64,000 nt of DNA from Schmidtea polychroa (GCA_044892525.1 CM097885.1:5458001-5522000); one strand, 5' to 3'. Positions 19,331 to 32,519 are shown, numbered from the stretch's first letter. The notes: generated from the sequence alone by a model not told the origin. Made by a program: numbers and translations.

Positions 19331-20390
19331 TTATTTTACGAAAATGTAATGTCAAATGAGTTTTTGAACCTTTTGGAAATTCGATTAATTGACCAGAATC
19401 ATCTCTTATATTTATTTCTATATTGTTTATACAAGATGTTGAAACAGGTAAATACATGGGATTTTCTACATTGATTTGTACAACTTCATCTTGATCATGT
19501 TTTTCAATCCATATAGATTTCATTAAAGGAACACTAGAATCACCAACAATAACTGGTTCCACGATATTACTGTAAATGAACATTTGCTGATGATGTTTAA
19601 GGATTTTCGGTTTGTTTGTTCCTTCACAAATTTGTTCATTTTGTGTACATACTGGTTTAGTCAATCCTAATGTTTTTGTCAAATTTGAGTCAAATTTAAC
19701 TTGACTAAGATTAGAATTTATACTAAATCTAAATACTTTATCTTTTTGAAGCTCAAAAACTGTTAAAATATCGCTACAATTGTCACCTAAATAAGTTTGT
19801 AATTGTTCGAGGTCTGTAATATATAAATTATCTTTAAAAGTATATGCATGCTCTGTTATTTCAAAGTATGATAGCTTAAATTTGAATTCAACTAAATTAT
19901 TAGTTTTCGGAAGTGTAGAGAGATTTATTTTGACTGTATCATTAAATACATTACGTAAATCGGTAAATCCAAGACGTTTAGCATCAGCCACTGTAGAAAA
20001 TATAATTTCGAATGGCTTATTCAAGCAATTCATGTATAAATATTGACCATCATCATAAATTATAGGTTTCCTTGATTTCGATGAACTCGTCAAGTTATAA
20101 TTATCTTTATCAATAAGAACACTAATATATTCCGTTACTGCTACTTTCTTATTATATTCAATAACAGATTTGCTATAGATTGGGAATAAATTGTATACAA
20201 ATGTAAAATCCAACAGAGCAACTTCCCAGTCATTATCCAAATAGATAGGGTTTTGGAGTTCGATGATGAATTTGCTTGCTTGATTTTCTGGATGAATTAA
20301 TGGACAACTATTGCTCGGCAAAATAGTATAAAAATTCACTTTACTATGTCTTTTGCTGATATCCATGACGGGTTTTGATAACCATGCCAT
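19323..20390 (-). CDS. Minor capsid protein (penton, PX)
   Basis: FYTILPSNS..PEN..F...L..WEVAL, FIYSNIVE..VGD, YLPV...IEINIRD..G, TLHFR. Confidence 0.9.
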   Translation of the reverse strand: MAWLSKPVMDISKRHSKVNFYTILPSNSCPLIHPENQASKFIIELQNPIYLDNDWEVALLDFTFVYNLFPIYSKSVIEYNKKVAVTEYISVLIDKDNYNLTSSSKSRKPIIYDDGQYLYMNCLNKPFEIIFSTVADAKRLGFTDLRNVFNDTVKINLSTLPKTNNLVEFKFKLSYFEITEHAYTFKDNLYITDLEQLQTYLGDNCSDILTVFELQKDKVFRFSINSNLSQVKFDSNLTKTLGLTKPVCTQNEQICEGTNKPKILKHHQQMFIYSNIVEPVIVGDSSVPLMKSIWIEKHDQDEVVQINVENPMYLPVSTSCINNIEINIRDDSGQLIEFPKGSKTHLTLHFRKING

Positions 20391-20965
20391 TTGACATAGT
20401 ATTGTTTATCCTTACCGACCTTTTTAGTTTTCAATATTTTTTGAATTCTAAATACTTTTGGGGGAGGAATGACTTGTAATTCCTGCTCATAAAATTTCCC
20501 TTGTACAATATTATTATCATTGTCTTTGATGACATACATTACAGGATTCTGTTTAGTATTTATTTTTGAAATTACAAAGACTTCATCACTCCAATTTGTA
20601 TCAAAATTTTTAATAAATGGTGATGCACTAATTTTACTAATTCTAACATGGTCATCGACTTTATATTTAGGTTTTGCAATTTTTACAGGTTTTTTAGAAT
20701 AGATCGTTTTTGATGTAATATCAACCGGTCTCAATCCATTCAGTCCTCGATGTGATGAATGATTATAACTTGTTATTATTTTCGGTAAAGCATTTACCCA
20801 TTTTTTATTACCTTGATGCACGAACAATTTCTTTAATCGATCTCTCAATGTTCGATTAAATCTTTCAACATGGGCAGCTTTGTATTGAGAATGTACCGTG
20901 TAGTGATTTATTTTCAGTTTATGGAGGATTTGCTTAACTTTGCTATTGTAGAATTCTTTACCTAA

Positions 20966-21042
<77 letters not shown>

Positions 21043-21430
21043 CTAAATCTGTGTGCAAGTTATTAGGATGTCCATCTTTAAATAAAATATTAATTGCCTT
21101 GGACATTTCATCTGCAGATTTTGCCTTGACTGGTATTGCTCGTGCAAACCTGCTGTATACATTAATACATGTTAAAATATATTTATTCCCATTGTTAATT
21201 TTCGAATAGGGTATCATCTCCATCAAATGCATTTGCCATAAATCGTCAATACCAAATGTTTTATACGCTCTTGTTGGAAATCTTTTCCGCATTGGTTTGT
21301 TCAAACTGTACGCAAGCTGATCTGATAACCACTTCTGGGTTTCTTTTTTCGAATTCGGAACTCTTTTGTTTAATTTTACCACTCCACCGAAACCGGCTTC
21401 GTCTTCTGGGTTCGTCCAAATCTTCTCCAT
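20336..21430 (-). CDS. RVE (retroviral-type) integrase with C-terminal chromodomain; one intron; first catalytic Asp apparently mutated
   Basis: WQMHL (normally WQxDL), TDLG|KEF across (TTA)n intron 20962-21042, HVERFNRTL, YYVKWHGY..PSWI. Confidence 0.92.
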
Positions 21431-21488
21431 TACAGCAAGAAGATTTAAAATTAAATTTAATGTCGGGCAATGAAGGATTAGCACCCAT
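21261..21488 (-). CDS. Small putative myristoylated protein overlapping the integrase 5' end
   Basis: MGANPS fits MGxxxS; CC pair; ATG lies 3 bp after the upstream stop. Confidence 0.45.
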   Translation of the reverse strand: MGANPSLPDIKFNFKSSCCNGEDLDEPRRRSRFRWSGKIKQKSSEFEKRNPEVVIRSACVQFEQTNAEKISNKSV

Positions 21489-21491
21489 TGT

Positions 21492-22025
21492 TTATGATTG
21501 ATTTCCTACAACTCCACCTAATAATGATATTGCTAAAGGTATCAATGCACCGATAAATCCACCTTGTTGTTTATATATAATTTTCCTCATTTGCTTACGA
21601 TTTTTATTATTTACTAAAGATAACAATGGTTTCCTATGTTTGCTCAATAAATGCTTTTTTGATTTACTGATTTTAATTTTGCCTTTGACTACTTTAAGTA
21701 TAATATTGAGTAAATCATCGACAACAAAATTTGGGAATGATTGCAATATATTCATTCTTTTCATACTCGGAGCCTTTAACAATGCATTAAAAAATGGAAA
21801 ACTGCGATGATTTTTAACTACTTTTTTACCGGTTTTACGGGTTTTAAGGGTTTTACGTTTAGGTTTAGGATTTTTCGAAATAAGATTCATTGCAGAGAAA
21901 TTTTCAGTTACAAGTTTTTTAGATGGTGTATAACTAGTTGTTGGTGGAACCTTTGGAACTTTAATAGTCTTTCTAATACCTTTTCTTAATTTCTTAATAT
22001 TTTTCACCCTTGCTTTTAGAAACAT
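21492..22025 (-). CDS. Basic core protein with adenovirus pX-like C-terminus
   Basis: Lys/Arg-rich; QQGGFIGALIPLAISLLG resembles adenoviral pX GGILPLLIPLIAAAIG. Confidence 0.8.
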   Translation of the reverse strand: MFLKARVKNIKKLRKGIRKTIKVPKVPPTTSYTPSKKLVTENFSAMNLISKNPKPKRKTLKTRKTGKKVVKNHRSFPFFNALLKAPSMKRMNILQSFPNFVVDDLLNIILKVVKGKIKISKSKKHLLSKHRKPLLSLVNNKNRKQMRKIIYKQQGGFIGALIPLAISLLGGVVGNQS

Positions 22026-22043
22026 TATTATTCATAGAGGTTT

Positions 22044-22670
22044 TCAACTTTGTTTATAAACCATGGCACCTTTTGGGTTGAAAATATCTGTTTTTACTCG
22101 TAAATCATCGGGACATTGTTGTGTGAAATCAAGAAATATATATCCATGAGGTATTTTTGTAGCATCTTGAAATGCACTGATAAGAAAATTACGATTGTTA
22201 GGGTATGCTTGACGTGCAAGAAAATCAATCACTGTTACATCTCTAGGATTCTTGAAAATGACTAAATATTGTACATTTAAATTACGTGTTCGATGTGCCC
22301 CACCTTGATGAAATAGATTTTGAGTTATGAAAATAACTGTTACACCGACATGTCTGCTAATCTTTGTAAATAAATTATTAAAATCTTTTTCTTTATTAGC
22401 TTCTTGATACAAATCATCGATAATAATGACATCGCCTTTCTTTAATCGGCTGGACCAGTTTTTATCGAATCCCTTTACTATTTTCATGTTTTTTAATTTA
22501 CAGAAACTTGATTGAGTTAATCCATGTTCTTCATCAGCACCCCTATGCCAATAAATCCTGTTGAATTTTGATTTGAATAAATTGGATTTTAGTAATTTAC
22601 AAACAAATAATGTTTTTCCACTACCACTCGGACCAACGATTTGGTATACAGCATCATTTCTTAATTCCAT
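22044..22670 (-). CDS. A32/FtsK-like genome packaging ATPase
   Basis: Walker A GPSGSGKT, Walker B IIIDD, SRH, ITQNLF. Confidence 0.95.
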   Translation of the reverse strand: MELRNDAVYQIVGPSGSGKTLFVCKLLKSNLFKSKFNRIYWHRGADEEHGLTQSSFCKLKNMKIVKGFDKNWSSRLKKGDVIIIDDLYQEANKEKDFNNLFTKISRHVGVTVIFITQNLFHQGGAHRTRNLNVQYLVIFKNPRDVTVIDFLARQAYPNNRNFLISAFQDATKIPHGYIFLDFTQQCPDDLRVKTDIFNPKGAMVYKQS

Positions 22671-22769
22671 TTCAAATATTTTATAAATGTGTATTTGTTT
22701 ATATTCGATGATTTAATGAACTCGTGCTCAATTTGTATATAAAGACTAATTTTCATAAATGATTTAATA

Positions 22770-23207
22770 ATGTTAGCAAATATAAATTATCGAGGAAATT
22801 TTGATGTATCGAATATGAGGTTCCCACCAGGGAAACCCCAGCAAATTATCGATAGAAATGGGAAATATCCGATAATATTTTTCAAGACTGGTAAATGCAG
22901 AATCATGGGATGTAAGAAACCTTTGGATATTAATAAATTACAATATCGAATAAATAATATTAAAATCCAATCAATTACCGTTACTATGGATATGGGACAT
23001 AGTATCAATCTATATAACATGTCGAAAAAATGTGATTGTATGTTTGAACCGGAATTGTTTCCGGCACTAAGACTATTAAAATATAACCCTATATGTGTCA
23101 ACGTGTTTGCTAGTGGAAAGGTTGTCATGTTGGGGTTGAGAAATTTGGAGTATAGAGAATTTGTTGACAATGTTCGAAATGAGATAATTTCATTGGTCGA
23201 TTTCTAA
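22770..23207 (+). CDS. Divergent TATA-binding-protein-like protein
   Basis: Two TBP half-repeats: IIFFKTGKCRIMG and FEPELFPAL...VNVFASGKVVMLG. Confidence 0.85.
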   Translation: MLANINYRGNFDVSNMRFPPGKPQQIIDRNGKYPIIFFKTGKCRIMGCKKPLDINKLQYRINNIKIQSITVTMDMGHSINLYNMSKKCDCMFEPELFPALRLLKYNPICVNVFASGKVVMLGLRNLEYREFVDNVRNEIISLVDF

Positions 23208-23281
23208 TTGGTTAATTTCTAATTGGTTATTGATTGATTTAAACAAACGGTTTTTTGTTTAGAATTCATTTTTTCAACACT

Positions 23282-23696
23282 ATGTACAAATTACCAAGCT
23301 CTGCAACCCTCATGAAAGATATCGACGATTCCGGTAAATTTAAAATTTTTATTTTCACATTATTTACTATTTATTATTTTAGAGAAATATTTAGAAGTTA
23401 TGATAAAAAGGATAAAATATTATTATCCTCAAATTATTGAAATTATCAAGGATCGCGAACCTGAGATCATTCCAGATCTGATATTCTATGCGACTCAAAT
23501 TCGAATCATGGATGTATTTCACCAGTTTCTGTGGGATATAAAGATTAACAGAACCATCAAACAAATGGAGCCAGAGTACCAGTGCATCATCGGATGCTCA
23601 TGTTGCGCCGATCGATATCGGCGATATGTCGAATGGGAGTTAGTGAAAACTCTGAGAAGGTTTCACTACTCCCGGATTGTAGATTTGGGTTATTAA
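23282..23696 (+). CDS. Hypothetical 2-exon accessory protein with CxxxCxCC motif
   Basis: Intron 23334-23382 joins MYKLPSSATLMKDIDDS in frame to ORF 23400-23696; AATAAA follows the stop. Confidence 0.7.
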
Positions 23697-23770
23697 TAAA
23701 TGTATTTTTTATTGTGTTTTATCTTTTTTATTGTGTTTTATTGTGTTTTATATTTGAAATAATAATAATA

Positions 23771-23809
<39 letters not shown>

Positions 23810-24029
23810 GAAATAATAATAGTAATAATAATAATAATAATAGTAATAGAAATATGAATAGTAATAATAGTAAAAACATTAATAATAATGAAACAAATTA
23901 ATAATAAATCTGTACATATATCAAAACATGTAATAATTTAAACATTAATAATAAATCTGTAAATAGAACATGTGACAATGCAACATCAATGCATTTTGAA
24001 TGCAATTTAAACAAAGACATGCTATAATC

Positions 24030-24066
24030 TGATTGGTTGATAGGCATGAGTCAAAGGTATAAAAAC
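24030..24066 (+). promoter_or_regulatory. Inverted CCAAT box plus TATA promoter
   Basis: CTGATTGGTT...TATAAAAA ~35 bp before the ATG; same design upstream of several accessory genes. Confidence 0.65.
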
Positions 24067-24098
24067 CCTGTAACATTTAAATTTATTCATTATTCACG

Positions 24099-24509
24099 AT
24101 GACCAAGAAAATTTCAAGCACCGAAAAACCGAAAGAAATGGTACAACCAGTTCAAATGTTCCACAACTACAAAATGTATTTTTTGAAAGAAGAAATCAAT
24201 ATGAAATTGGTTGCACCAGTCAAGCTAATTCCAACTAAATTTGAATTCTTATCCGGCACGCTTTCAATGATTGATGTCAAAACTATTGACGATGTTTTTA
24301 AACGGATAGATTCGAATCTATCATGTAATCAACATGCATGGTTCAATAATAGATATGCAAGATTTTATGATTCCTTTGATGAAATCGCTTTCAAAGAAAA
24401 TGAAAATTGGTATATAACAATTGCAATCCAGGGATATAAAGTTGATAATAATGATGTATATTCTCCTATTTGGAAAGTTATGTCTGCTAGACTTTCACAA
24501 ATATTTTAA
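24099..24509 (+). CDS. Hypothetical 136-aa accessory protein (possible OB-fold ssDNA-binding protein)
   Basis: Intact ORF with promoter and polyA signal; copy at 43223-43633; function speculative. Confidence 0.75.
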   Translation: MTKKISSTEKPKEMVQPVQMFHNYKMYFLKEEINMKLVAPVKLIPTKFEFLSGTLSMIDVKTIDDVFKRIDSNLSCNQHAWFNNRYARFYDSFDEIAFKENENWYITIAIQGYKVDNNDVYSPIWKVMSARLSQIF

Positions 24510-24636
24510 TGTTATATTTAATAAATGTATTAGTCAGATTTGTTTTTTCTCTTTATTAATTGCAACATAAATGCAAATGACATGCAAATTTAACAAAGAA
24601 AATCTATAAACAAACTTATAATTTAGTTTTAAAGTG

Positions 24637-25022
24637 ATGAAAATGACTGTAGAAAAAGGTTAACATGATTAATTAATTACCGAATTATTTATTATTTAGA
24701 ATTTTTAATCAACTTTTTGTTGGAAAAGTTAGCAGAAATATCTGGTGTGAAAATGGAGGATATATTATCTATTACAAATGCCTTAAATATCGGCTGGTTA
24801 GTTGAGAGTCAAGATACAGGATTTGGTGATGAGGAAGAAACTCAAGAAATTGATGAGGAAGAAACTCAAGAGGAAATCTATGAACCTATAGAGGAACCTA
24901 TAGAGGAACCTATAGAGGAACCTAAAGATGAATCTAAAGATAATATTACGAATGATTGTATTGATCATGTCGTTGAAAATATAATGAAATGTGGAGATGA
25001 CGACTGCGAATGTGTTAATTAA
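24637..25022 (+). CDS. Small acidic accessory protein, 2 exons
   Basis: Intron 24659-24699 joins MKMTVEK to the ORF in frame; copy in P4. Confidence 0.7.
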
Positions 25023-25105
25023 TAAATCTTAGTTAATTAGTGTTTGTAAATTTATTTAAAATGTTATTTAAAAATTTATTTAAAAATCAAACACAAATAA
25101 CTATA

Positions 25106-25626
25106 TTAATTTTTATTTAAAAATCTGGTTAAAATATACAAAATAGCAACACCTGTTGCAAGTTTTACATAGTTTTTAAATTTTCTTTTCTGATCGTCTA
25201 TTTCTTTTGCATTTCTGGCGAGTTGATTGAGTACTCCCCATCCGCCATTGGCTTCAATCCATGGTTGAAACTTTGACTTGATTATCTAGAAAATAAATAT
25301 TAATAAAATATAAATTATAAAAGTATTACTTCTTGAGACCACTGATAATAGTGCTCTGAGTCCCATAGACTTCTTTGGATTATTATTTTCATATAAGCGA
25401 ACCCTACTAGTATTCGGGTCCACTTCATCTCCTCGTCGCATAAGCAATTAAATATTCTATTAAAATAGAATTTCTTTGTTTCGAGGGAATCGGAATTGAG
25501 GACGTCCTCATAATCAATGTGATTACCCTCTATAATCTTTTCGGTCCGATCGACAAGGAAAATTAGGCTTTCCATAATATTCTTGTTGATGAGTTCTCTT
25601 AACATATTTTCCATTAAATTAGACAT
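25106..25626 (-). CDS. Bcl-2-like protein, 158 aa, 2 exons
   Basis: BH1-like MKWTRILVGFAY; after intron 25286-25329 BH2 WIEANGGW; C-terminal hydrophobic tail LATGVAILYILTRFL. Confidence 0.85.
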
Positions 25627-26195
25627 TTTTACAATATTTTAATATATGATGTTTTATTTATACTAATACTGTATGATTTTGATTGGTTGATAGACTATAA
25701 ATGTAAAAGAAAGGTTTTGATTTGATACACCATGAAAACTCTATTCATATTGCTAATTATTATAACGAGTGTGTGCTCACACAATACAACAATAACGGTG
25801 GAGTCTTTTAATAAATCAATATGTGTTTGTCCGAATACAGCCAAGTTGATGGATATTTTATATATTCTCGATAAACCAAAATGGTCAAAGCATCCAGGAA
25901 AAAGAATATCTCAAAGATTGGAGAATTTAGAAAACAGTTATGAACTAACATTTGAATATATACAAAATATAAAAATTAAATTGATTGATCATATTGAGGT
26001 TTTCAATAACTCTATTACTGAAAATAAAAAGAATATGAAGATTATTGATAAGAAGCATGATTATTTGTTAAAAAAGATTGAATTATTATTAAGAGAAATT
26101 CAAACAATCAAAGGATCAATAGAATATCTGAAAATCAATTCAACGTTACCAATTTCTAACAATATTGCTGCGAATAGTAGTATATCAATATTTAG

Positions 26196-27378
<1,183 letters not shown>

Positions 27379-27847
27379 AACAGCAATGGATAAAACCTTC
27401 TTACAAAGATAGCAGTTCCTACAAGATTTGAATTGTCGTTCCTCAGCAAAAGTCATAGGTCCTAACCGTTTTTTCCCTTCAAGCTCATAATAAGGTAGGA
27501 CAATTGTGACAGCAATTTCCTCTACTTTTTTAAGAAATTGAGGTATACAATCAAGACCATAAAACTCGTAATACGATTTTCTATTGTTAAGATTATTTAT
27601 TAATAAAAGACCTGCTGAAATAGGTAAATGTATTTGATGATGTTTAACATCTTTAGGTAAAACCGATTCAAAATCGGCATAAATAACAAAGGGTGGAGTG
27701 ATTCTCTTTGAATGATTTTGAAACTCTAAATATTTATTTTCGGGTAAAGTGTAAAGGGTTGTACCCGTTTGATTTTTACTGCATAGGGCCACATGTTTAG
27801 TGAAAGCATTGTCTAATCGAAAACCGTTAAGACAATGTGGGCACCAT
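27379..27847 (-). pseudogene. polB: P1 pPolB middle fragment between the two insertions
   Basis: WCPHCLNGF...YADFES...CYLCKKVLSIAV; joins in frame to both neighbouring fragments through the TSDs. Confidence 0.95.
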
Positions 27848-28559
27848 AGTAGTATATAATAAGGACTCCAGGACACTTTCAAGGTCATGGAATATCAAGA
27901 TCAAATATAGGTCAATTGAATCATTTATTATTATTACTATTTTTTTTTTTTTAAATTAACATTTTATTTAATTACTTCTTTTTAATTTTTTCTTTATAAT
28001 TTTATTAATTAATTATTTTATGATGTTATATTTTTAATTACTTACTTTAGTTAATTTTTAATTTATTACATTTAATTAATTAATTTGTTTATTAATATTT
28101 TATTTTAATTACCTTCGCTATTTAATTATTATTATTATTAGTTTTTTTTTAATTTTAATATTATTTAATTACTTCTATTTATTTATTTTATTTTTTTTTC
28201 TCTTTAATTTTATTAATTAATTATTTTATGATGTTTTATTTTTAATTACTTACTTTAGTTAATTTTTAATTTATTACATTTAATTAATTAATTTGTTTTT
28301 TAATATTTTGTTTTAATTACTAACGTTATTTAATTATTATTATTATTATTATTTATTTTATTTATTTATTTATTATTTTTTAATTTTACATTTACATTAT
28401 ATTCTAACAAGAACGTAAATTATAACAATAATATTTCTTACTTGAAACTAATTATCTAAAATAATTGGACAAATGAATTATTAAATGATAAAACATATTT
28501 TAATTAACGAAGACAAATTATTCACAATATATATTTTATTATTCACATAAATTTAATTG

Positions 28560-31422
28560 TTAAAGTGCTTGTTTCGATTTGCATTCATTTCTAGACATAG
28601 CAGTTGCAATATGCATTTGGCGAATCTTATAGTGACCGTAGGCATAACTTTCATTACAATTGTACCAATACCTTTTATCGTCCAAACATTGGAGAGCTCG
28701 TTTGTCTGTCATGAAAGTATACAACTGATGATTGAAACTTCCTATTCTTTTTTGTGGGATGCTCACTGTTCCACCATCAGTATACACTTTTTTATAGGCT
28801 TCATGTGTAATATTAGAATTTGTAAGGCTTATTCCTTTGGCTTTTAGAGTGTTTTTATCGCCTTGGAGTGAGTAGCACTTGGGTCGAAGAAACACCCATT
28901 CTTTATATTGATTTCCTTTATTCTCATCCTTAACTTTCCCGATTACAGAACAGATTTTATCAGAGAACAACGGATCGGTCACTGGATAATTTGAAGTATC
29001 TAGGAGCCCATCTTCAATCATTTTTGGATATAGTTGTAAGCGTAAATCTACATTTTTACACTCCAAAAAGAAGGAATCTGTGTCACCAGCTACGATATTA
29101 ATTTGACAATTGAATTCTTCTCTATAACTCTGTAGTTCTTTATATTGAAATTGGTACATGCGAAGTTTGGATAAATCAAGTACGGTTTGTCCAATATACA
29201 TTGGTCTATCTAAACACACAATTTCCTTATTGAGTATAACAGCAATGAGATTATCCGCAATCTTGATGCTACGACGAAACATAGGATGACTACAATAAGT
29301 TATCAATCTTTTGCTTTTGTTGCATAATCTCAAATTTATACGTTTCTTCAAGTTTTCCACAGTTTTACCGTATAAACTGTTGTTCTTTAACTTATAATAA
29401 TCTCGCTGAAACGAATCTGTACTAGCTGCTCTCATTTTGGTATTGTAATCAATATATCCTTTGAAAATAGCCACTTGTTTGAATTCTACAGCACGATTAA
29501 CTTTTGTGCCTTTTGCGCCGTAACTCAACCACTCTGTCAAAACTCTACCATTAACTACATAGTTTTTCTTAGGCTCATGAGTTAACAACAGCTTTTCAAT
29601 TTTACTACCAGGCGGATAACAAAGCTCAGGAGCTATAGGTAAATCATCTAGTTTATCTTGTATACTATCAGGAATGACTATGTCAACCTCTAGAACATAT
29701 CCACGATCTCCATCAAACTCATCCCCATTTGCACATCTTTCAACAATACCATTCATTTCAGTCTGATCTTCTAACCATCTAAATTCCCCAACAGGAAGTT
29801 TTTGCGACAGCGCCCATCCATATAAATTATTAACATCTAAGTATGACATTTGTGTTGATTCATCAGCTTCAACATGATGTTTGTTGATAAATGTCATTCC
29901 ACCACGAATACCAGCTTCAAATAAACGGTAAAGCTCTGGATCTTGAATAAGTTCTACCGGTTCAGGTAACTGTTTAATAGCTGATGCCCAACTTAATCCG
30001 GATATGGAAACAAACGATAGAGCCTCAAGTCCATCTTCGTCAAATGTTTTTTCTCTGAAAGCTTCAAAAACATCGGCCAACAGAAAAACATCCAGCTTGA
30101 GATATACTAGCATGTAATCTAGCAGTGTGTCACAGTTGTATTGTCGCCAGATTCGATTTGCATGTATATAATCTTCGTCACTAACTCCCTCCCAAATCGG
30201 TGGTAATTCTGTTATTGACTGTAAAACATCCATTGATGTAGCCATATCATAAGGAAAAATGGTTTTACAAGTCATCATCTGCGATTCGAAAACATCTGAG
30301 GTCAGTGGAAGACATGGTAAATCTTTTGATAAATTTGCCAAGCTGCTATTTAAAAATTGTAAAGAATCAATGAATCTAATTCTTCTGCCTTTCGATGTCG
30401 CTGTAAGTGTGAGAAACTTTTCTGTTGATTGAGGAATAACATTTAAATTCCAATCAGGGAATTTTCCAATTGCATATTTTAATATATGATGAATGTCATA
30501 TCCACGAAGATTATGAAATACAACAGGTAAAGACGGATTGATTCTTCTAGCCAAGTTGCAAACTTGACATGCTGCTCCGAGATATTGACCAGTAAAATGA
30601 TCATGATCTCGAACAGGTATATTGATAATCTTTTTACAAAGGTAGCAATGAGTTTGATTCGTAAATTCTTCCTGCTGTTCCCAAGTGAGTTCCATCATTT
30701 CCTTCGATCCATTAATTTTATACCACGGATAAACTATGTCTGTAGCTATATCATCCAATGCTTGTATAAACTGAATGATACAGTTTTTCCCAACAAATGT
30801 TTCATTTCGAATCGGACAACCTTGATGAAGAAGCACAAATTCAGATGCAATCGGCTCATGTTTTTGGAAGTGCTTGTCATCTAGAGGTAATATTGATTCA
30901 AAGTCCGCGTAGACAACAAACTGCTGTTTTATAGTTTTACTCCAGTCTTTAAATTCGATATATTTATTCTCTGGCATTGAGTATAGAGTCGTCCGCTCCA
31001 CATTCTTCCTACAAAGACCTATATGTCTTTCAAAAGCAGGACGTTTTTGAAACCCATGAAGACATGTATGACACCAATGTGATTGGATTCTGAATCCTTC
31101 TACTCTATCTCTGTAATTCAGCAGTCGATCGAGATTAGTTACAGCCAAAAAATGATAATTTAATTCTAAAATTTAGTTAATATTTTTAATGATTAAAAGA
31201 AATATTACCTTCTTCAATCAATAGGAGATATATCTGAGATCCCGTCGAAGTACTTCTATATACCAAGTCAACGAACGGATTCTTGAAAATATCATTAGTT
31301 TTTTGTTTAATTGGATCTTTATTATATTTGAGAACATTGATCGCTAGATTTGGATTCATTGCTTCAAATTGGCAAATGTTAACCAACTTCATTGGAAACC
31401 AATCTGATTTCCATTTTAACTC

Positions 31423-31472
<50 letters not shown>

Positions 31473-32519
31473 TAGAATGATATAAATATATATTACCACT
31501 TAAATTATATTTCATTACTCTTTCTCTGTGATGTTTTATGTCATCATAATGTAATACGGCCAGTATGCTATATAAAAAGCAGAATTGATCATTATTTTGA
31601 ACATTAGCTAAAGCCTGACAGTTTTTCAGGTAATTTGGCGTTTTAATATAACTTGAACCTAAGTAAATATCTTGATTTATATATATAATAATGTAAATAA
31701 ACTTACCAGATACATGTATTATGTCTGATAATTTAGTTAAAATCATAGTAACTTCTAATATTTTATGAATTCTCCACCCACTACTTTGTTGAGTGTATTT
31801 CTCCAACTTTTCTTTTAATTTTTCAATTCCATCATTAATAAATGAAGATGACATTGTAATTGCTTTATTCGACAAACACCATTTTTTAATTTCACCATCC
31901 TCTTTGATAAACTCTGCACAAAGTCCAAATTGGATTTTTACTGTACCCATTCGTTGAATATGATCTTCTATTTCTTTGATGAGACAATCTGGAACAACAA
32001 TGTCAGGAGAATTAATTGCAGATACATCGCTTGTCAATTCAACACGAGAACCATTTAAGTCAGACTCCCGACGTGGACACAATTGTATGTTAGAGTCTCC
32101 ATTTCCGTAAAATATTGACTTTCGTTTTGTGGTGCCAGAGTTTTGTCTAACTATATTTATAATTAATATTAAACAACTTAAATAACATAACTTGTAACAT
32201 ATTCTTTAATCTGCTTAGGATCGTATGATGTATTCATTTTCGATTGTACTATAAAAAATTAATAATTGTTAATAGTAGAAAGAGTATTACTTTTAGTGAT
32301 CATCCTGCTCTTCGTTTCTTCGAATCTTCTAAGATGGTGTCCGTGTTGTCGTACAAACATTAACCACCTACCTGGTGATATAATGAGACATTCCGGACAT
32401 ATGTAACCCGATAAGGTAGAGTCATTTATCTTGAAATATGATGATGTAACTGATTTACAGTTCTCCACATCTTCATGACTTTCGGCAATACAAAATTTAT
32501 ATAAACTGCATCCGTTCAC
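28560..32519 (-). CDS. polB: P3 divergent protein-primed DNA polymerase B with at least 5 introns
   Basis: GT-AG introns 32249-32290, 32151-32191, 31659-31706, 31422-31496, 31166-31208 join ORFs 32259-32519, 31186-32082 and 28560-31148 into one frame matching the other pPolBs (SGSSYIKTP, LLLIEEELNYHFLAV). Confidence 0.88.

Noticed and set aside
20962..21042. Poly-Ile 'transmembrane' stretch in the integrase ORF
   Set aside because: In-frame 81-bp GT-AG intron; splicing restores TDLGKEF
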